This document shows, piece after piece, positions 47,353 to 60,000 of a stretch of DNA of 64,000 nucleotides. The notes beneath the pieces are model-generated. The model saw nothing but the letters and a program-made list of their open reading frames with translations. It made no database searches and was not told the origin of the DNA. Source of the DNA: Lama guanicoe (taxonomy: Eukaryota); contig MU054323.1 in the NCBI GenBank assembly GCA_013239625.1, forward strand, positions 372,001 to 436,000. The letters are read 5' to 3'. The stretch's first letter is position 1. Every line of letters starts with the position of its first letter. A program made the translations under genes and the position numbers.

Positions 47353-48988
47353 TGAGTAGCAAGGAGTGTTTTATGGCCATGGGTGGGAAGCTTCGGGAAG
47401 ATGCCTCCTGCAGGTCCAGGCAACAGGCAGAGCTTTGGCTGAGATTTTCTATTCTACTTTTCAGTTTCTAGTTGGGAGACTGTCCTGAATGTTAGAGAGG
47501 CACACATATTACATCCATACAGTAGGTACTCTGGGAGACTCTGGAAGACAGCCTTAACTCCTAGCTGAATGTCAAAGCCCTACATGTCTGGCCCCTCACT
47601 CTCTCTCCAAGCTCTTTCCCATCAGGGGCTGCCTGTCTGTGAGCATCCATGGACCAGCCTTGCCACTGTCACTGCCGCTGTCTCTGAGCAGACTTGCCTC
47701 TTGGAGGCTCTCCTCAGACAGATTCCTCTGCTGAAGCACCTTTCCTGTTTCCCGCTGCCCATCTCTTCCTGCTGCTCTGTCCTTCAAGCTCTGAGGAGGC
47801 CCTTCCTCTCCAAGGAGGCCCCACACTCCTGAAATGCTGCAGCCGCTGCTCCCCCTCCATCCTCTGAAGTCCAGCCTCTACCTCTCCCCCTGGCAACTGC
47901 AGTTCTGTCCATGCTTTTATGTTTTCTTGGGGGTTTATCAAACCTTGGAGGCCTCCTCCTTCCTTCTGTATTCTGGGAGTGTTCTCCTGAAGCAGCCAGA
48001 GGCTCCAGAAAGTTCATGGGCTACAGAGTCTGATAGCTTCACTCCAGGTCTCAGCTCCACCTCTTCAGAGCTTGAGTGACCTTGGACAAGTCTTCTCCCC
48101 TTTGGTTTCTTGGGACAAAATATAGTTACCTTGAAGCAGGGTGTGAAGGGCAGAGGAGGTAATGTAAATTACAAGGGAGGGGACCATCCCATGAATTATA
48201 TTATTATTATTATTCATAATACAACTCAGCAAGCATCCTCTGAGGTCGGGACGGGCATCTCCTAGGCCTTCCCGTGGACTGCAGTCCCACGTGATCCCCA
48301 AGCAGTAGCCTGGCCATGGACTTGCTCCTTCAGCAGCGGGCTGTGGGCTTGATTCGGGCCATCCATTCCTGCAGGAGGAGGGCAGACCCAGAGTGGAAAG
48401 GCTTTAAGGGGCTTATCTATCACCTACTTCATGCTAAAATGAGAAATGTTACAAATACCGAAGGTAAGCCAGAGAAAGTTCCTTTTAAGTTCTCTGACGT
48501 TCAGTTTCTAGCACTTAAGAAAAGCCTGGCAAACATGCTTTGGCAGAAGGACACTTGGGGGGCTGTGTTTTCTAAGTGGCCACTCGGGGTGAACATCTCT
48601 CGGGGGGCCCGGCCCCCCTCCCGGTGCTGCGTTAGGAGGAACAGACGCTTCAGCAGCCTGTGGGGACGGGGACGTGGGAGGTGCCGGGAGGCCCTGGATG
48701 CAATGGGGAGCGGGGCTCCCAGATACGGGGCCTCTGGTGTATGTTCCGGTGCCGGATGCTGGTGTGAGCTGAACAGATTCGGCTCGTGGTTTCATCTGGG
48801 CAAAGACAGAATCAGGAGGGGCTTGTTTCTTTGTGTTCAGGGCCTGCTGGTGAGCACGGATGGAAAACTCAATTATCAGTGAGGTTAGGGGCAGGGCGGG
48901 AGGTCAGGGCCTCCCTGCCCGCTCTTCCTCTGGGCGCTGAGAGAGCCACTCTCCTTTCTGCTGCTCTGGGAGGAGGATGCATTGATCA

Positions 48989-49015
48989 GGGTCAAAGGTC
49001 ACATGTCATCAAAGG
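48989..49015 (+). promoter_or_regulatory. Perfect DR1 nuclear-receptor element with adjacent TCF/LEF motif
   Basis: GGGTCA-A-AGGTCA (48989-49001), c-ATGTCA, then CATCAAAGG (49007-49015); motif only. Confidence 0.5.
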
Positions 49016-52000
49016 CGGGCCAGGAATAAAGGGAGCCCTTCCCCAGGATTCTAGAATGGCCCCCGAAAACCCAAGGCGATTCACTCCCTTGGTAAGCTCA
49101 GATTGTCTTACGTGCGAGAGGGCCAGAATTCTGATTACAAAATTTATAAGGAAACGTTGTTTTATCCTGGGAGAGCTTTCAAAGACTTAGGACTTGAAGG
49201 GGGAGGGGTTGGAAGCATTCTTTTTCTATCCTCCTCAGCCAAGAATTCCGAACCCTCTGGGGGAGACACGACACATGTCTTCCTTTTTTGAGGAAAAAAC
49301 AATTCATTAAAAAGTTCTTTGTATGACTCCGGACACCTCAAAGATAGGACCCTAGCCACCCTTGTTTCACACTTATCTTTTCCCATGGGAATATTTCCTT
49401 TCTAGACAGGGCGGGGGTAAAAGCAATCCACGCACAGTGAGTTGAAAGTTGGAAGTTAAATTTGAACAATCACATGGCCAATGGATTACATGGAAAAATC
49501 ATACAGATTGAAAAAAAGAAAGAAAGAAAGACAGTCTGCCAAAGAAGACAGACAGAGATGTAAAAAGAAAGACTGATGGAAAGAAATTTAGAGACACAGA
49601 AAGTGCATGCCCTGAATCAAGAGAAAAAACAGGATTCCATGTAGACAGACACAGCCGTAGCCAACGATCATCAGCTGATTCAAAATATGACAGACCTCCC
49701 CCAATTCAACATTTGGAACTAGAGGGGAGAAGAGAGTTTCCCAGCAGAGGGACCTATATATTTGCAGTAACAATTTCTCATTCTTTTCAGTGAAGTGTGG
49801 AAAATGGACAAGAGGCCCAGTTGTGACCTGCCTAACTTTCCAGTTGTCAAAACAAATTGAAGGCAGCGAAGGCAGGTGACATCACACAGGTTTTTGTCTC
49901 AAGAGCAGACCTGAGGTCCAGCCGAAGAGTGAGGCTGATGAGGCAGAACCATCACTTAAATAAGCTATTGGGTCCCTCCTGCGTAAACGCTGTTGTCTAT
50001 AGATAGACAAGCGTACCAAGGTGTTAACAGGGACCTGGCCTGAGAGAGTTGGCCCCTATTCCACAAGTGAGCCCAGAACCCACTTCTAACTCCTGAAAAA
50101 TGAGCACAAGGAAAATGCGTCTGAGGCACTGCGTTTCTGGACCCCTTCCAATTTCACTGAATGTAGGTTAACCTTAAGAACGCTGGTGCAAATGTCACCT
50201 CCTCCAGAAAGCCCTCCCCATTTGCCCTGTTTCAGTGACCATCTCTCCACGACTCCTCTGCAGATGGGCTCTGTCCAGGACTTCTCGGTGCCTGTCTTTC
50301 AGCGATGGTTCTGGTCGGTTCTTGATAAGTCCTTGGCTCACGTGTTATCTCCTCGCCTAGCCAGGGACCCCTGTGTGGACTTGGGGCATTTCTGGACTAT
50401 AGTAGGTCCTCTGTAAAGAACTGCTGAGTGATGAGAAGAGACAGTGGCCCCATCTGGATATCAATAATTCCGAACTGAGTCCATTTCCTAAGTTCTCGTT
50501 TATCTTGCAAGGCAGATAAGAATGTCATTGGAATCATCATTTATGCATGGAAGGGCTAACATTGTCAGCTAACTCACTCAGCGTGCTGTTTAGTTCAGCT
50601 GCTATTTTTTTTCTTTTCATAGCAAGACTTCCTCAGTGAAGGAAACAGGATATTGATTTGTATTCCAGTGTGAACTCCTTATCCCTTGATTGGTAACTAA
50701 AATTTAAGACACACTGACAAAGAATAGCTAGTTCTCACCTTCGTTGTAAAGATGTGAACTTTGAGGTTGAGAGAGAAGAAGTTACTTGTCCAAGATTTCA
50801 CAGCAAGAAATAGAGCAGCGGGTACCCGGGCCTCCTACCAGCCAGGTCCATGATAATAATACAGCAACGTCAGTGGTGTTGCCTCTAACTTCATACACGT
50901 CATCACGCCGCACCTGCAGCGTGGTGCTGAGAACTCGGCGTGGCAGGAACTCGTCTCTCCACACGAGAAGCCTTACAGAGGACAGAGACGTGTCCAAACA
51001 CATCGCACAGGGAGGCGGCAGAAGAGGTGACGGTAAACTGTCTCTGTCCTCCAGTTCAGTGCTTCTTCCAGAACACCAGGCTGCAGATGAGCTAACGGTT
51101 CTGGTCCTGCACGCTCCGGCAAGGGCCCCAGAAGTGTAAGGACAGGCTGATGTCCCAGGCCTGGCTTAAGGTAACTGCAGAATGGTGATGCCAATGGCTA
51201 CGTTCAGGAAAAGAGTCAGGAATCCAAGTGCTCAAGTGCTCTGGCTCCATCTGTAACAGCACTCAAACTCCACAAGGCCCTGTACCTGGGTCTTCTAGAA
51301 GCACACCTGCCGGCCCCCTCAATCATTTTTGGAACGAAGTATGGTTAAAAAAATACACACGGTGACATTTAATCTCAGCATTTTACAGTGACACGTAGTC
51401 TCACGACACGAAGCACTTTGCAAATCACGGACCTCGTGCACACAGTGGGTCTTATTCTTAGGTCTAAGCCTTCATCAACCAGCTGTTCGCCATTTTCTAA
51501 TTAAAAGTATGAACCTGGGGTACGCACCCATTAAAAATGTAACATGGCCCATAAAATCTCATGTTTTTCATTTTTGTTTTTTAAGAACACAAAGTATGCC
51601 GATCTAATCATTTCAAATGTTTAAAGGACCCTTTTTTTTTCTTTTTGCTTGTAAGCAAAGTAAGCCATACAGAGGAACCAGTTGATCCCCTACAAAGATA
51701 TACTTTTCCCTGGAGCAGACCCCCACTTTGATGGGACAGCCACAAATAAGTCTCTTCACAGTTTTAACAACCAAGGATGGGCCACACTTTCACAGGCCTC
51801 CCGGAAACCTCTCGATGCACATGGTGAGCCCGTGAGCGCTTTCTTTCTGCTCCAACTGCCCAGCTAGGTGCTAGTGCCCGGGGGTCCGGGCTGGGGTCTG
51901 TGCCCACGGCTGCCTCGAGAGGCCTCGTTGGTTATAGTGAAATGAGCTGACCTGGCCAGAGGCCCGACTTCCCCCAGGAGACCTGCGGACTCCCAAGGAA

Positions 52001-54075
52001 TGAAGTCCGGATGCTCTAGAAGACCACGTCGCTGTGGGTGGTTCACAGAGGAGGACGGGGGAAGCCTGTGGTTTTTGGACCTGTGATTTCTCAAAGTGCC
52101 CAACACACATGCTCTCTCTCAAAGCAAGTCTTTTACACCCAGTTTGGACGGTGGCCGCAAGCTGGGAATTCCATGCCCTGCTCCGATTTTAACATCGCTT
52201 TGCACACTCAACTCACAAACCCTCAAAAAGATGGCAAGGTCTGCTGCGTCTGGGATGAAGTCAGAATTCCCCGGCTGGCCTGGGTGGCGCCAAAGAGGTG
52301 GCTGGAGGTTGGTCCAAATCTTAACTAGTTGCTTCCTACCTGAGCCTATTTTCTCATCACCGAGGGGGGTTCGTGAGAACATCTAAACTCTGGGGGTCAT
52401 GTGAAGCTTTGAGGAGATGAGGAATGAGGGGTCTGATTGCCCCAGCCCCGAAGGCCCCACTCTCGCTCCTCTTGTCCCCTCACTTTGTTTTTAATTATTA
52501 TTTTTAAATTAAAGTATACATTTCCTTCCTCTTTTTACTCCCTTTTCCACCCCTTTTCTTTCCTTTGACTCTGTTGACGTCATACGCAGAGGCCAGCCCT
52601 GGTATAGACACAGGTTCAATGTGGGGTCCCGTGGGTTCCTGTCCCCAAGCTCTGACACCGGCTGGGACACACAGACAAGGGAATTAATGCTGGGGGGACA
52701 CACGGGGCCCTGACAGACTCCGGGAGGGAACGAGTAACTCAGGCGATTTCCACTGGCCTCCAGGTCTCGGGGAGCCCCTCCCCGGCTTCCGGCATGTCTG
52801 TGGCTTTGTTTAGATCCCTGGCTCCCTTGCAAGGAGTGCCTTTCAGGTTTTCGAGGGAAAGGGGGCAGAGACACTCTGTCCCCTGGCCTCCCTGCAGCTC
52901 GTGGTCTCCAAGGAGAACCAGAACCGGATACAGGCTTCAGCCAGGTGTCAGCTCCAAGGCTACGTCCACGCAGAAACGCTGAGAGGAAGGACATGGCGGT
53001 TGTCCAGAGAGATGGATGAAGGGGCTCTTGGGGAGATGACGTGCAACTCCAGCACAGGGACGGGAGGAGAGCTACTACACAAGAGGGTCCCGTCACTGTC
53101 AAGGCGTCAGAAGGGAAGAGGATTAAACTGAGTTTGTCGAGAGGAAGAAGATTCAGATAGGCTCAGGCCGGCTGAGGACTCGACCCCTCCTCGGGTCCTC
53201 AGAAGGCTGTCTGTGTTGGGCAGGCAGGGCTCGCCAGCGGTGGGGGCGCTGGCTGAGAACCCAGCGCACGGGGTCTTCGAAGGCTGGAGTGTGACCCGCC
53301 AGGCCCCGCCTGATGGATACAACTTACCAAGCGTCCGCAGCCCCCCGGCTCTCTCCCGAGCACAAAAGCCTGTTGTTGGGGAGCTGAGAGGGTGGACACA
53401 GACGGTCTTCTCTGTGTCATTAACCTAATCGGTTTCATCTTGGGGGAGGTTTTGTTTCAGTCTCTTAAAGAGCGTGGGGGAGGAAAGAGGACATTTCTTC
53501 TGACTTTGAAGAGTAGAGTGAAGGGTTAAAAGTGAAAATTAAGCCCAGAAGGAAACGCACTTCAAGCCCTCTTCTTCTCATCAGAAAAGTTCTAATGCTT
53601 ATTTTATATCGATGGGAGATTCACCTATTGTTTGGAATGAAAGTGTTCTTTGTTATCATTGTTGCTGACAATATTGAACTGGGTACATTCATTGATGTAC
53701 ACCTTGCCTCATGTTTAGAAGGGTTTTGACACACCAGTAAAACAGATTTGCCACGAATAAAAGAATCAAGGCTAAGACAAAATGAAGATAGAAGACAGGA
53801 AACGATAACAGAGAAAAGGTTAGAAGACAAAATTTGCCCCGAGGGTCTGGGCAGTAGCTGGATGTGGGCCTTGACTCAATTCTGAGCTTCCTAGTAGCCA
53901 CAGTAATGAGGGAAATACATACAGGGTTTTCATCCTCAGCAAGAAACAAAGCTGCCTCAGTAAAAGAAGGCACTGTATGATGTATTGAAAAATACCAATA
54001 AAATCTTCCCAGAGATTTAGATAGTAGGATACATGGTCCATTAGAGACTTTCAAATTCACAAATACTCCCAGGGC

Positions 54076-54315
54076 AGCATTTCCCGAAGTGTGTTCTCTG
54101 AAACGCTGATTCTGGGAGATGTCAAGAGGTGTTCCTCAAGAACAGACACTGTGTCTGGGGTCACATGGTTAGTAGTCGCACTCATTTCATCTCTTGGAGA
54201 TTTGCAAAGCACCTGTTCTCCCGAGAGCTCAGAGGAGTCTGCAGAAAAGAATTTGGCTCAAACAATCATTTCCCAAAGTTTTTTGGCCACAGAATCAGAA
54301 TTTGGGGGAATTCCT
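54076..54315. mobile_element. hAT-Charlie element (MER103C/Charlie4z-like)
   Basis: cagcatttcccgaagtgtgttctctgaaac...ctcttggagatttgcaaagcac...catttcccaaagtttttggccacagaa. Confidence 0.6.
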
Positions 54316-55655
54316 GAGTTCTTGCGTGGGTCGGTTCGCCTGGGCACTTTCGGGAGCTGCTGCCCTTTCTCCCAGCAGAGCCAGGTTCTGTTGCTTTGGG
54401 AGAGTCACCATGTGCAGATGAATCTCTTGGTCTTTCCCCTCCTGCTCCTCCCTCAAGGGTCCAGGCTTCTCTCAGCAAGCCCCGAAGATCAAGCAGGATG
54501 TGATCCGAACACCTGTCCCCGCCTGGGAGAGGCCGTGGCCTTCGAGGCTGAGTATCTCCAAAACAGACAGAGCTTCCCTTGCCAAGACTGGCCACTTTCA
54601 CTGAGCAACATCTCTGCCAGCAAATCACAGTCTCTGTTTTACCAAAGATGAGCCCCTAATGCACCTGGGTGGGTGGTGGGAGACAGAAGAGGGGAAGGTG
54701 GGACGATGCTGTCGGCCACCTGGGTACCAGCACTTATGATCAGCGTGATGGGTACATGATGCGTGTCTGTGGAGTCTCAGCAGGGACAGAAGGCTGGCAG
54801 TTCTGGGTGGGCTTCTTGGAGGAAGCGACACTTCAACAGAGATTTAAAGGATTGGCAGGAGTTAATGTGAACGAGGAGGTATGGGGTCCCATTTGGGGCC
54901 TGGCTGGCTGGAACAAATGGTCAGAATTGGTGGAACAAATGGCTGGGGAGGGAGGCAGCTGGTGGGGAGCAGGAGATAGTGGGCTTGGCTGACCAGTGTG
55001 GGCTTCCTTGTCCAGGACCCTCGGGGGCGCATGGCAGGACCACCCTGGGGGGGAGTGGCAGGGCTTTCCTGTGAGAGAAGGCCTCCTGCCTGGTGATGAT
55101 GTGCTGTGGCATGTGGAGGGGACACATATGGGCTGAGAGGAGGGGTCAGGATACTGAGTGACGCCCCTGGGGCAGCAACTGCAGGGAAAGGGCAGAGCTC
55201 TGGCTCTCGGTTCCAGTGGATGATGGGGGGACGTGACAAGCCCTCCCAGCTCCCTGGAGGACTGGGGCTCCCCCAGGCTGGACGTCAGAACAAATTAAGG
55301 GCATTGGTCTCAGCAGCCCCACCTGGCCGGCAGCGTGGTCAGGCCGGGCTGGCAGGAGGGACGTGTCTGCTGCAGCATCCTGGACTTCGGCCACTGGCCT
55401 CGGAGCAAGAAGTTCTCTCTCTGCACTGCCTTTTAGTGAACAGTAGACTGCAGTACAAGAGACTATGGTGAAGACCCGGGTCATGGTCACGGTTTGAGGT
55501 TTTCTGTGCTCACCAACGTGAAAAACAGCAGCCTCGCAGGCGATCAGAATCACAGCCAGTTACAGAGGCAGCCAGAGGCCGTGGGGGGCAGGGCTGGTGC
55601 CACATCCTGCATTTCCATTTTGCTAAGTGTGTTCACAAGGATTATCTCATTTGAT

Positions 55656-56030
55656 TTCTTAGTCTGTTTTGGCTGTTATCTTAAAATGTCATAAATCTGG
55701 GGAACTTAAGCAACAAACATTTATTTTTCTCAGTTCTAGAGGCCGGGATAATAAAAAACAAGGCACTGGCAGATTGGTGTCTGGAGAGAACCAGCTTCCC
55801 AGGTCTTAGACAGCCCAGCTGGCTGTCTTCGTGCTGTGTCCCCAGATGGTAGAAACAAAGGAAGGGATCTCTCTGCGGTCTCTTTTACAGGGCACTAATT
55901 CCATTCACGAGGGCTCCACCCTTGTGACTTAATCACCCCCAAAGACCCCGCCCCCTAGTGCCATCACACTAGGGGTTAGGATTTCAGCAGAAGACTTCTG
56001 GGAGGACATAAACAGTTGGTCTGTATCACA
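55656..56030 (-). mobile_element. MLT1A-like MaLR LTR inserted in a MIR
   Basis: caacaaacatttatttttctcagttctagaggc...gggcactaattccattcacgagggctccaccc...ccatcacactaggggttaggatttca; MIR sequence on both sides. Confidence 0.85.
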
Positions 56031-56729
56031 CCTCCCAGCACCTTGTGACACTGGGATTCCTTATTATCCCACGATTATATCCCCTGTTAAGGGCAGCCTT
56101 CCTGAATTTCCACATCTGGCCAGGCGCACCCTCTCTGTTTCTGCCTCCGGGATGTCCCCTCTCAGTGCACTCACACTGCATTCAGGTCACGGCTTCACGT
56201 GTATTTTTCATAGCATGAAGACAGAACTTGAATCAGCTCACAGACGTATCCCTAGCATCCAGCCCTGTGCTTGGCACACGCAGGGCTTAATCAATATTTG
56301 ATGAATGAATGTGAAAAGTTTCACTCTCCCATGGTTGAAAACAAAGTGCTTAGGCCTCAGGAAGTCTTGCTCCATCCCTGGGGCGGCTGGCTGGTGGCTG
56401 TAACCACGGGAAACACATACATTGGACCCACTCATGTAGACCGAGGAGCATGGTGGGTGCTGGTGTCTGTCCACCAGTATAAACTTGTCGTGATTCTGGG
56501 ACAGGCGGTTATTTTGCTGAGCTGTGCAAAGAGTGAGTTGTTGGAATTTGGTGAAGAGATTAGCCGAGGCTTGGTGATGCTTTGAGAAGATGGAGACATG
56601 AATGGAATTTTCTAAAAAAACTAACTTATTTTGAAAAAAATAATACATGTTTGCTATAGAAACCTTACAATGCAGATAAGCAGAAAGAATAAAATAAATC
56701 AAAGAATGAAATGATTATTTCACCACATA

Positions 56730-57090
56730 GGGGTAACGAGCAGTAGCAGCGGGGGGCTAGCAGGGCATCCTCTCTGTCTCCTCGTGGTCCTTCCAGAACC
56801 ATGACTTCAGGGTGGCCTGGCTGCGTACTCAGCAATTCAGGACTCCAAAGGTCCAAGTCCCAAGAGACAGTCAGGTGGAAACTCTATTATCTCTTGTGAC
56901 CTGGCTTCGGAAGTCACTTGGCCTCATTTCCTCCAGACTCCATCACTGGAGGCAGTTACAAAGTTCCACGTGGATCTGAGTGGAGGGAGCCCGGACCCCA
57001 AGTCTCAATGAGGAATGTTATCACTCCAGGGTTGGGAGAGTCCGTGGGACGGGAGAGGCACTGATGTGGCCATCTTCAGAAAATATGACG
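56730..57090 (-). mobile_element. MLT1H-like MaLR LTR fragment
   Basis: tgacctggcttcggaagtcac...gtggccatcttcagaaaatat. Confidence 0.65.
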
Positions 57091-60000
57091 GGTTTGATGA
57101 CATCTCAGTGTTTGCTATTAAAATGTTAAATAAGGTTACAGTTATTTCAATTGGGAGTCCCTTATTATCACACTGAAGTGAAAAAAAAAAAGCCAAAAAA
57201 TTCTTGGCTAAATGATCCATAACCACAGCACATCATACAGTGTTTCTCAGGTTTTGGAAATCTTAGCAGAACCCGTTTCATTTGTTGCTCACAGTTTCCG
57301 GGTGGAGACCGCCACCCCCGTGGAAACTGAAGTCTAGAAGGGAATAAAAAAAGCACCTCTGCAGTATCAGCTCCTGATGGATCTGGAAGTAGAGCTAAAC
57401 ATCCCTTTTCATTCCCAGAGGTGTCTCGCCCGTCCTCCGGGTAACACTCCTCGTGATCAAAATCCACCCAGAGTCACATTCTTCTCCCAGAAAACCGTGA
57501 CACTGACCCAGGAGGTAAGACTTCCTTTTTAATGTTTTATCTTTAGTGTGGCCTTCAGCCTTTAACTACAGGATGGTTTATACTGAGTAAATATTAACCC
57601 CCAGCTGGACGACCAGGGTTTTATTAGCTGGAGGAACGCTCGGCAGAAGGGGCTGGAGGAGGTGGGTTGGTTGGCCCAGCATTTGGAGACGGCACCCAAT
57701 TCTTGGGTGAGCGAATCTCTGATAGTCCTTGAAACTTGCTGGGCCGTCTGGTTGGGTGCCCACCTCTTGGGGAAAGCCTCGGGACCAATCAGACGACCAT
57801 TTGGACTCTTGAAAAGACCTCTGAAGGCCCTGCTACCCTTATTCTCTGCTCGGCATCATATCAAGTATGTTACAATACACCTACATTTCACATCACAGGT
57901 CTTTCTCTTTCGCTATAAAAAAAAAGTGCAAAAGAACTTCTACGATTTTGCTTTGGAAATTATTTAGTTATGGATAATTTAATTAATTTACAGTTAAGTC
58001 CTTTTGTTTCTCTGCCTATTTGGAACCTCATGCAAAGTGAGAAAATAGAACCTACGCACTGTTTGTTGACGTACTGAAAATTTCACGGGTGATAAACTTA
58101 ACAATGGGACAAAAAGTGGCCAATGACATAACATGACTTTTTTTAGATATTTAATTAAACATTTATCTGCTTTGATTTTGTAGTTTTCATCTTATGTTGT
58201 AGAGCCAATAAGTTTTTTTTTCTAGCTCTCCGATATTTTGTAGGACCTTAAAAAGCTCAGAAGCCAGGTCCTGTAGCTTCAGGGCCTGACAGATGAGATG
58301 ACTCTGATTGCGATGAGGCCAGTGCTTTCCCAATGAAAAGAGCTCCCGCGGTCCCTCTAGTTGAGCCTTCAAAGCTGAAGCCAGCAAGAGAAATCATTCC
58401 TCATTACGAGTTGTCCTTTGGGTCGAGCGAGTGCACTCCTGCTGCTCTAAATACAGCTGCTGGCAGGAAACTCTGTTGCTCAGTCAATGGGACGAGCGGG
58501 GCCAGGAAGTTTATCAAAGAATTCTGCAAATCTGAATTCTCCATCATCAATTCGGCAGGATCCATTCTGATCATCAGTTCAGACAGATCTGGAATACCAG
58601 TAGGAAAGAGAACCTGATGGCCGAAAAACTCTTACAGAGGAGAAAATGGGCCATTGGAAGGACTTGCCTAAGTCCTAACATGGAAGGGAGTGGGGTTTAG
58701 AGGAGGAAACTCACATTGTTAAAAAGCCAAGCCACGCTGTGGCTCTGCAGGGGCTTCATGAGCTTCATTTGGGCCTCCGACATCTTTTCAAGGTATTCGC
58801 TCCTTGTTGCAGACTGGACCACGGGGGCTCAGAAAGACCAATATTTGCTCAAGATGATGCAGGGACAGGAACCCAGGTCCGCCTAAATCCAAGGCTCTGC
58901 TTTGTCTTCCTGCCATTGTGACGGATAGAAGGACTTGCAATTTTTGGAGGAAATGAGCAGCATGTTTTTGAGGTTTGTGCTTGGAATACCAGTGGGATTA
59001 AGGGCACTGCAGAAGCAGTATCTTTTAGGATTTTCCATTTGCAGAAGCCACAATCTTATAACAAACGCTCAATATGAAAGACCTGGAGAGAAGTAAATTA
59101 AGGGCTTAGAAAGAGGTGATCCAGCCTCTGTCTAGAGCAGTGGGGACAAGAACCCACTTGGTTAAGTGAACAAATACTCATGGAACATCTACTCTGCACA
59201 GGAGGGCCTGGTGGGTGACAATCTCTTGGTCTCGGGCCCTCTGTCACAGATACATACAGAAGCCGAGTGGAGAGAGCTCTGGCCTGTGTGTCAGAAGATG
59301 AGAATTTGCAAACTCCTCTTCCAATTCTCCGGCTGTGTGGCCTCAGACAAATGGGTGCACCTCTCTGAGCCTCCATTTTGTGAGATGGAGATGATAATTC
59401 TTGCTCAGCTCGCCTCCCAGGCCTCTGATGTTCCTGAAGATCATTAGTACGCGGGGCTCCCCCTCCGGACTGCCCCTAGAGTGGGCCCGCTGGGAGGGCA
59501 GGAGAGGTGGCTTATTTCTCTGTTCCCAGCAGGAGGCCTGATGCGTAGCAGGCAGGCACTTTGGGAGTGTGGGATGAATAAGGCCGTACATCTCTCACAT
59601 CTTAGCTGAAACACAATCCTTACTGCAGGCGGATCTTAACTAGAATGTTCCTGCCTGTTGATGCTTTAAACAATAAAGGTGGTTTCTGTTCAAAGATCCA
59701 AACGCTTATTAGGCTGACGGGGAGCCTCTCCCTTGATGCCTAAGATGCTTCGTTCAGCGCAACTTGGTTTGCAAAACAACTTTCTGACTCTTTCTGTAAA
59801 AGCCGAGTGGATTCTGCCACCATCTCCCCGAAACGGAAGTTTCTCTCTTTCTTTTCACAGCTGAGTGTTCACAAATAAATGCTCTCTTTGAGTTCATACC
59901 ACCAACGAGGCAGGGATCCTCTGTAATTCCCAGAACCGCAGCACCCCAGGCTGTCAGCTCTGGAACAGCCTTGGGGGGGTTATGCATTCTTCCTCTCCTG

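Noticed and set aside
54091..54651. 186-aa ORF
   Set aside because: Starts at GTG inside a decayed hAT element; peptide unrecognisable
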